Source: an uncultured Clostridium sp.
Lineage (GTDB): Bacteria; Bacillota; Clostridia; TANB77; CAG-508
Direction: 5' to 3'
Assembly (NCBI GenBank): GCA_948471115.1
Contig: CAOKRJ010000004.1
Coordinates: 1-58,185, forward strand
DNA: 58,185 nucleotides
Part shown: one piece after another, positions 51,840 through 58,185 of the stretch
Layout of the letters: each line of letters begins with the position of its first letter
Numbering within the stretch: position 1 is the first letter of the stretch
Program-made: the position numbers and the translations under genes
The notes under the pieces: model-generated
What the model saw: the letters and a program-made list of their open reading frames with translations, nothing else
What the model was told of the DNA's origin: nothing
Databases searched by the model: none

Positions 51840-52646
51840 CTATATATTTATTTCTAATCCTACTCCCACTTCATTTATTTGCATTTGTTTTGCTATTTCA
51901 ATTTTAGCTTTTAATGATACACAATGGCAAGGATATAACCATTTTATCGAATTTTTCTTAAGATATTCTATTGTTTTGTCTAACCTTTTACTTACATCAA
52001 ATAAGTGAAATCCTCCAATTACTCCATATATTCTATTGTCTTCACAAATTTTTTTAGCATATTCAATAATATTACATATCCCACTATGAGAACATCCTGT
52101 TATAATAAATAATCCCTTTTCGCTCTTATATACTATTGCTGTGTCATCTTTTACAAAATCATTTATCATATTCTCCCCTTTTTTGTACTTTCCTATAATT
52201 TCTCTTCTTTCAAAATTATTACTTTGTGGTATTTCTCCTAAAAATATTATATTTTCGCTAATTTTTAGAGGTAAGTCTGTTAATTTTAAATTACAAACTT
52301 TGGCTAAATTTTCTTCTGGCATTGATGTACCTATATACTCAGAATCACATATTTTTTCATATAAACATTCTGTATGTGCAATCAATTCTAGATTTTTGTT
52401 ATTAATATTATCGAATAAATATGTTAATCCTCCTGTATGATCATTATGTCCATGTGAAATGACTATTTTATTTATTTCGTTTAAATCGATGTTCATCTTC
52501 TGAGCATTCTTTAAAAATGCATCTGAATATCCTACATCAAATAATATCTTTGTATTACTATCTTCTATGTAATAGCTTACAGCTGGTTCTCCTAAATAAT
52601 AATTATCAATAAAAGTATTATTATCTTCTAAAACTCTTAATTTCAT
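51840..52646 (-). CDS. MBL-fold metallo-hydrolase (COG1237-like)
   Basis: LFDVG, SHGHNDHTGG, TGCSHSG, GGFHL, PCHC. Confidence 0.87.
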   Translation of the reverse strand: MKLRVLEDNNTFIDNYYLGEPAVSYYIEDSNTKILFDVGYSDAFLKNAQKMNIDLNEINKIVISHGHNDHTGGLTYLFDNINNKNLELIAHTECLYEKICDSEYIGTSMPEENLAKVCNLKLTDLPLKISENIIFLGEIPQSNNFERREIIGKYKKGENMINDFVKDDTAIVYKSEKGLFIITGCSHSGICNIIEYAKKICEDNRIYGVIGGFHLFDVSKRLDKTIEYLKKNSIKWLYPCHCVSLKAKIEIAKQMQINEVGVGLEINI

Positions 52647-52672
52647 TTCTATACCTCACATAAATTAATCTT

Positions 52673-53117
52673 TTATATTTGCATTGAATATGATATACTT
52701 TTTACCTTAAATCCAAATTCTTCATAAACTTTTATAGCCTTTTCATTTTTTATTAATGTTCTAACTTCCCATTTTCCTTTATATAACTCAAACATTTTAT
52801 TTGCCATAAATGTACCTGCTCCCATTTTTCTATACTTTATAATAACAAAAAATTCAGCTATTTCGTTCATATTTTCTTCATTATATCTTTGTAAAACAAA
52901 ACCTGCTAATTCATTAGCACATTTTAATATATATGGATGTCTATTTTCATCTTGCCAATATCTTTCCACAATTTATTCATTACATATAATCCAGAATCTA
53001 ATATTGTAAATGTTGCAGTTTCATCTTCAAAAAATCTAAGTTCATATGTATATAATTGCATCAAATTATAAATTACATTTTTATCTTTTTCTTCACTTTT
53101 ATTAATTCAAATTTCAT
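52673..53117 (-). pseudogene. GNAT acetyltransferase, frameshifted and probably chimeric
   Basis: ATG 53117 MKFEL...NLMQLYTYEL, then a frame change to ...IAEFFV..KYRKMGAG...WEV; the tail AIKVYEEFGF looks like a different GNAT. Confidence 0.6.
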
Positions 53118-53130
53118 TTTCTCCTCATAA

Positions 53131-53799
53131 TCATTTTGGGCGTATTAAAACATGGTAATGGTATGAATCAAATAATTTTTCCTTTTCTTCATAATAATCT
53201 ATCACTTGATATATATTAATAATTTCAAAATCTTTAAAAAGTTCTTTTACTAAATCATAATCTACATAGAAATGTGGTATTTTATATTCTGGTCCTTCTT
53301 CCATTCTCAATCTTGTATTTTCATCAATCAAAGGCCAATCTTCTTGTTTGAATCCCCATGTATCTTTTGAGCCTAATGTTAGATAGCATTCACCATCATT
53401 TTTAATTACTCTATAAAGCTCTTTTATTACTTGTTTCATTCCTTCTGTATCTGTATGAGAAATTACATTTCTACAATAAATACAATCAAACTGCTTATTT
53501 TTATAAGGTAGCTTAATCATATCTCCAACTTTATAATCAAATTCTAAATTTTCTTTTTTAGCCCATTCTTTAGTTCTATTAATTGCATCTTCACTTATAT
53601 CAAAACAATTAACATTAAAGTCATTTTTACCAAATAAAATGGAGTGTCTACCTAATCCACATCCTAAATCGAGAAACTCTTTCTTTTCTTGTACTCTCCA
53701 TCTATTTAATAAATAATACGATTCTATACTTGGATTTTTCCAAATTTCTGCTTGATTGTCTTTAATAATTTTCCAATTCCATCCTTTTGATTCTATCAT
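53131..53799 (-). CDS. Class I SAM-dependent methyltransferase
   Basis: FLDLGCGLGRH, FDIS, GDM..LPY...FDCI. Confidence 0.88.
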   Translation of the reverse strand: MIESKGWNWKIIKDNQAEIWKNPSIESYYLLNRWRVQEKKEFLDLGCGLGRHSILFGKNDFNVNCFDISEDAINRTKEWAKKENLEFDYKVGDMIKLPYKNKQFDCIYCRNVISHTDTEGMKQVIKELYRVIKNDGECYLTLGSKDTWGFKQEDWPLIDENTRLRMEEGPEYKIPHFYVDYDLVKELFKDFEIINIYQVIDYYEEKEKLFDSYHYHVLIRPK

Positions 53800-53810
53800 A
53801 TCATTTGCTC

Positions 53811-55433
53811 CTATGTTCTAAGCTTTTTTCTTTGATAATCATCATAATTTCCTATATATGAATTAATTTTATTATCACTAATTTCTATAATTCTACTTGC
53901 TATTGCATTAATAAAATATCTATCATGCGAAACAAATAAAACAGTTCCTTTATAATTTTTTATAGATTCTTCTAGCACTTCTCTAGTTTCTATATCTATA
54001 TGATTAGTAGGTTCATCTAATATTAAAAAATTCACATTTTTCTGTATCAGTTCTGCAAACATTAATCTTACTTTTTCTCCACCAGATAACTTCCCAATCT
54101 TCTTAAATACATTTTCTCTACGAAACATAAATTTTGCAAGTATTGTTCTTGCTTGTGTTTCATTTCCATTGTACGATTTTATAAAATATTCTAAAATTGT
54201 CTCCTCTTCATTTTCAAACTTGATTTCTTGTGGTATATATCCAATTTTAACAGATAAACCAATTTTCATATTTCCTATAAAGTCTTCTTGCCCTAATATT
54301 ATTTTTATTAAGGTACTTTTTCCTGTACCATTTTTTCCTATTAATGCAAGTTTTTCTCCATATATAATATCTAAATTAATTTTGTCAAATATTGTTTTAC
54401 TAGTATATTGTTTTGATAAATATTTTATTGAAACTACATCATTACCTGATCGTTCTTTTAAGTTAAGCTCTAATTTTAAACTTTCTTTTTCTAAATATAC
54501 TTTATCTATAACTTGCATTTTTTCTAATCTCTTTTCAATACACTTAGCACGTTTATAAAACTTTTCATTTTGTGTCTTTTCCCCAAATCTTCTTAATAAT
54601 TGAATGGATTCTTTCATCTTTTCTATTTGCTTTTGTTGATTCTTATAAACCTCAAATTGTGCTAATGTTCTTCTTTCATCTTCTTCTAAAAAATATGAAT
54701 AGTTACCAACATATATTTTTTCTTTTCCTTCTTCTAAAAGTATTGTTTTTGTTGCAACTTTATCTAAAAAGTATCTATCATGCGAAACCATTAAAATTGT
54801 TCCATTATACGATATTAGAAAGTCTTCTAACCATTGTAAAGTTTCAATATCTAAATGATTAGTAGGTTCATCAAGCAGTAATATGCTTGGGTTCTTAAGC
54901 AATATCTTTGCTAAATTTACAATTGTTTTTTCCCCGCCACTTAGCACATTATATTGTTTATTTAAAATATTTTCATCAAATTTAAATCCAGAACAAATCT
55001 TTTTATATTTTTCTTGCATTTCATATCCACCTATTGCAATATATTCCTCTTGTATTCTTCCATATTTGTTCAATATTTTTTGAATTTCATCATTACTAAT
55101 AGTTGACATCTTTTTTTCAAGTTCCTTCATACTATCTTCTAATTTAATAATATTTTCAAAACCTTGCTGTATAAAATCTGCAACTAACATATTTTGTGAT
55201 TCTATTTTATATATTTGATTTAACATTTCAATTGTTGCATTTTTTCTTATATTGACTAATCCTGAATCTTGATTTTCTTCTCCTTTTATTATTTTTAAAA
55301 TAGTAGATTTTCCTGATCCATTCGAACCAATTAAAGCAATTCTTTCTCCTGTTTTTACTTCAAAATTTACTTTATCTAATACATTTTTTAATCCATAATT
55401 TTTCTTTATATTATTTAACTCTATTTCTATCAT
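53811..55433 (-). CDS. ABC-F ATPase, antibiotic-resistance (ribosomal protection)-like
   Basis: Two ABC domains (GSNGSGKST, LSGGEK, LDEPTNHLD; GKNGTGKST, LSGGEK, LDEPTNHID), an interdomain linker and no TM domains. Confidence 0.88.
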   Translation of the reverse strand: MIEIELNNIKKNYGLKNVLDKVNFEVKTGERIALIGSNGSGKSTILKIIKGEENQDSGLVNIRKNATIEMLNQIYKIESQNMLVADFIQQGFENIIKLEDSMKELEKKMSTISNDEIQKILNKYGRIQEEYIAIGGYEMQEKYKKICSGFKFDENILNKQYNVLSGGEKTIVNLAKILLKNPSILLLDEPTNHLDIETLQWLEDFLISYNGTILMVSHDRYFLDKVATKTILLEEGKEKIYVGNYSYFLEEDERRTLAQFEVYKNQQKQIEKMKESIQLLRRFGEKTQNEKFYKRAKCIEKRLEKMQVIDKVYLEKESLKLELNLKERSGNDVVSIKYLSKQYTSKTIFDKINLDIIYGEKLALIGKNGTGKSTLIKIILGQEDFIGNMKIGLSVKIGYIPQEIKFENEEETILEYFIKSYNGNETQARTILAKFMFRRENVFKKIGKLSGGEKVRLMFAELIQKNVNFLILDEPTNHIDIETREVLEESIKNYKGTVLFVSHDRYFINAIASRIIEISDNKINSYIGNYDDYQRKKLRT

Positions 55434-55470
55434 TCTTATATCTCCTTATTTTCTTATTTTTATATAATCA

Positions 55471-55611
55471 TAACGAGATATAATTGCTATATACTTACTA
55501 TTTATAATTTACTATTACAACATTTGCTATATAGCATTATCTCGTTGTAATAGTTTCACAGCCGAAATCCCTGTATTTTACTTTATCCTCAAATTCTTTT
55601 TTCTTACTCAA
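55471..55611 (-). promoter_or_regulatory. Putative attenuator: 24-aa leader ORF plus mutually exclusive hairpins
   Basis: GAGAGG RBS, TTG 55611 to TAA 55537 (MSKKKEFEDKVKYRDFGCETITTR). Stem 55511-55521/55544-55554 competes with stem 55472-55493/55528-55546. Confidence 0.65.
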
Positions 55612-55708
55612 CTTTATTTACCTCTCTTTCATCTTCAATTTATATAATATCATAAAATCCTTAACTTATCAACGAATTTTCCAATATTTACAAAACATAT
55701 TTATCCTT

Positions 55709-55895
55709 ACATTTGCTTAAGTGCCACAATATCTCTAATAGCAATAATATCATGAGCGAACGAAGTGAGTTTATTTTACTCTTGATATTATTATTGGATA
55801 TTAGAATTGGATTGCAAATGTTACAGGACGAATTTTCTCGTTTTTTCGTCCTATAAAAATAAGCATCAGTACATATCTACTGACACCTATTTTAT
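55709..55895. repeat. Nested imperfect palindromes (structured non-coding element)
   Basis: ACATTTGC/GCAAATGT, AATAATATCA/TGATATTATT around GAGCGAACGAAGTGAG, AGGACGAA/TTCGTCCT, TCAGTA/TACTGA. Confidence 0.5.
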
Positions 55896-56471
55896 AAAGA
55901 TTCTCTATAACTCATTTTAATAAAATTTCTTCTATTGCTTGAAATAACAAACCTTTGCTCATATCTACTAACCAATACAACCTATCCCTGTTATGCTTAT
56001 CATAGATACAATCATAAATTTCCTAGTATTTCAAACGCTTTACTCAATTTCCTAAAAATTAATTTATGTGTTTCCACTTACCACTTAAGCAATTACTTTA
56101 ACTTTGACACCCAAATTTTGATGTTTTTCCTTTCCAAATCTGCCTTTTTTCCAAAAGTTATAATCTCTGAAACCATATCAAAATCAAGTATTACCTGTCT
56201 TGTTTTAGTTGTAGCACTGCCACACATTCCACATGTTTTCATCTAAAAATCTTTTAAGATTTTTTGTGGTTAATTAAGTAACTTTAAAGCCTTGAAATTC
56301 TAATTAATTTTGTTACTTTTTTGATTGTTTTCTGTGTTTACAGTATTTTAAAATTTTAAGACTTTTTTGTAAATTATTTTTACTTTGGTTAGATTTTAGT
56401 TAGATGTTTTTAAGATTAATAGAATACCTATTATTTATAATATTTTAATTTAATAACTTCTTAATTATCTC

Positions 56472-57374
56472 TTATTTCTCTGCTTGTTTTATAATTTCTT
56501 TTCTAAGCCAAACTTCTTCACATTCTAAATAGTATTTTTTTATTTTTCCATTTAGTAATCTTTGAATATTCTGTAATATTGAATAATTTGAAGATATAAT
56601 GTAACTTTTCTCATCTTCCAAACATATTAAATTTAATATCCATTCCCCTCCAAATTTATTTAAAGTATCATATATTAATTCTTTATTTTTCAGTAATTCA
56701 TCTTTTCTCCATATAGTCAATTGAGAAAAAACATTTGGTAAGTTTTCATTTATTATTCCAATTTTAGTATCATTTTCTAAAGATTTTATTAAATTGTTTT
56801 CTATAATCTTTTGACAATCTAAAAAATATTTACTAGCATACTTTCCTTTTGTTTTAGCTATTTTTTCTAATTTTTCATATACTAATCTATCTCTATTTGT
56901 CGTTACTTTTGCTTTAAAATTTAATGTATTATCTAGAATTGCTGACATCATTAGATATGCAATATCTTGTGTAATTTTATCTTGTAAATTTTCTTTTTCA
57001 TATAATTCAAAAATTATTGTTACAACAGAACCTATAAATTCTATTTTTGAGTTATTTCCTAATCTTTCTTTCCAATAATCTTCAAATCCAGTATGATGAT
57101 CTATTATCTCTATAATTTTATCTTCTTTTACTATATTATCAAAAAAATCTTTATTTGATACATCAATTATAATAAACTCATCATTTTCTGTTGGTTCATA
57201 ATAATCCAATTTTATAGATAAATTTAATAAATCATTAGTTATACTTTCATTTAAATTTGATGTGCTAACAGCTTTACTATTTTCTCCCTTTAAATTTAAT
57301 AAATTACTGTATGCTATACACCCTGCATAAGCATCTATATCTATATATCTACTTCCAGATGTTACAACTTTCAT
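56472..57374 (-). CDS. DHH-family phosphoesterase (Mn-dependent inorganic pyrophosphatase-like)
   Basis: YIDIDA, IIDVS, IIDHH, IGSVVTII, AILDNTLNF. Confidence 0.82.
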   Translation of the reverse strand: MKVVTSGSRYIDIDAYAGCIAYSNLLNLKGENSKAVSTSNLNESITNDLLNLSIKLDYYEPTENDEFIIIDVSNKDFFDNIVKEDKIIEIIDHHTGFEDYWKERLGNNSKIEFIGSVVTIIFELYEKENLQDKITQDIAYLMMSAILDNTLNFKAKVTTNRDRLVYEKLEKIAKTKGKYASKYFLDCQKIIENNLIKSLENDTKIGIINENLPNVFSQLTIWRKDELLKNKELIYDTLNKFGGEWILNLICLEDEKSYIISSNYSILQNIQRLLNGKIKKYYLECEEVWLRKEIIKQAEK

Positions 57375-57388
57375 AAAAATTTCTCCTC

Positions 57389-57586
57389 TTACTCATTATA
57401 TTTTCTGTTATTTCCAAATGCTTTTTCTATTGGATAATGACTTTCGTTTAGTTTCATCTTATCTTTTAAGCTTTCTGTTAAATCAATACCTGTATAGCTT
57501 GAAAATAACAAAACATAATAAAAAACATCTGCTAATTCTTCTGAAATATGATTTTTATTTTTTTCCTCTTTTAGTATCTCTTTCAT
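57389..57586 (-). pseudogene. MazG-like nucleotide pyrophosphohydrolase C-terminal fragment
   Basis: EELADVFYY...KMKLNESHYPIEKAFG. Confidence 0.65.
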
Positions 57587-58185
57587 TTGTTCTTCATTCT
57601 TAAATCTAAAATTGCTTTACAATGTGGGCATTCTTGTTTTCCATGTTTTGCTCTTTTTATACATTGCCATACTGCTTTGACACAATTTCTATTTGCATTC
57701 CAGTTTCTTCTTGTTAGTAAACTGCCACAAAATCCGCAATATAATTTACTACTAAAAGGATATTTTTTACTATAGTTATTATTTCTTCTTCCTGTTTCTC
57801 TATTACCTACTCTTTTTGTTCTTATTTCTTGTACTCTATCAAATAACTCTTTACTAATAATTGGCTCATGATGTTCTTTTAAATAATGCTTGTCTACTTC
57901 TCCTAAATTACTTAATCTTTTATGTGATATTGGATCTATTGTAAATGTTTTTCCCATTAACACATCTCCAATATATTTTTCATTTTTTAGAATTCCTCTT
58001 ATGGTTGATTCGCACCATTTTGTTGCACCTTTTGGAGTTTTTTATTCCTTTTGTTGTTAGTTCTTTTGCTATGGTACTGGAACCTACTCCTTCTACATAT
58101 CTTTCAAACATATATCTTACAACTTCTGCTTCTTCTTCATTTATTGTTATTTCTTTTGTTTCAAGATTATAGTTATATCCATAGC
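57583..58185 (-). pseudogene. Large serine recombinase fragment (recombinase and zinc-ribbon domains); frameshifted, C-terminally truncated, runs off the window
   Basis: GYNY...EAEVVRYMFERY...IAKELTTKGI/KTPKGATKWCESTIRGILKNEKYIG...HEPIISKELF...FSSKLYCGFCG...WQC; extra A in the A6 tract at 58038-58043. Confidence 0.85.

Noticed and set aside
55900-56242. Small CxxC ORF (56093-56242) and neighbouring fragments
   Set aside because: No RBS or recognisable family; probably debris

Overview
Very AT-rich chromosomal window from a Clostridia-like Firmicute (lineage inferred from gene content; not verified). Almost all genes are on the minus strand. From left to right it holds: housekeeping genes (smpB, fba, COG0523 GTPase, rel, glyQS, divergent secDF, ctpA/M23/ftsEX, rlmB, lepA, uvrB) with an inserted type III ToxIN-like toxin-antitoxin; a field of small accessory genes and gene remnants (24.1-31.7 kb); a BREX defence cluster without brxL next to tRNA-His and tRNA-Gln; clpC; a glycosyltransferase/oxidoreductase pair; mscL; and a second accessory field with an attenuated ABC-F gene, ending in a broken serine recombinase. 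The main finding is that every in-frame CGG codon I found by manual scan (5 sites: smpB x1, uvrB x2, asparaginase remnant x2) coincides with a +1 frame switch that restores a Gly expected from the family motif, always in the context NCW-CGG-R. I found no in-frame CGG inside any intact ORF. This suggests CGG is not read as Arg here but acts as a +1 frameshift signal or part of a four-base Gly codon. A systematic sequencing artefact must still be excluded with raw reads and related genomes. A family of covarying REP-like intergenic hairpins is also present. All calls come from reading the sequence; no database searches were run.
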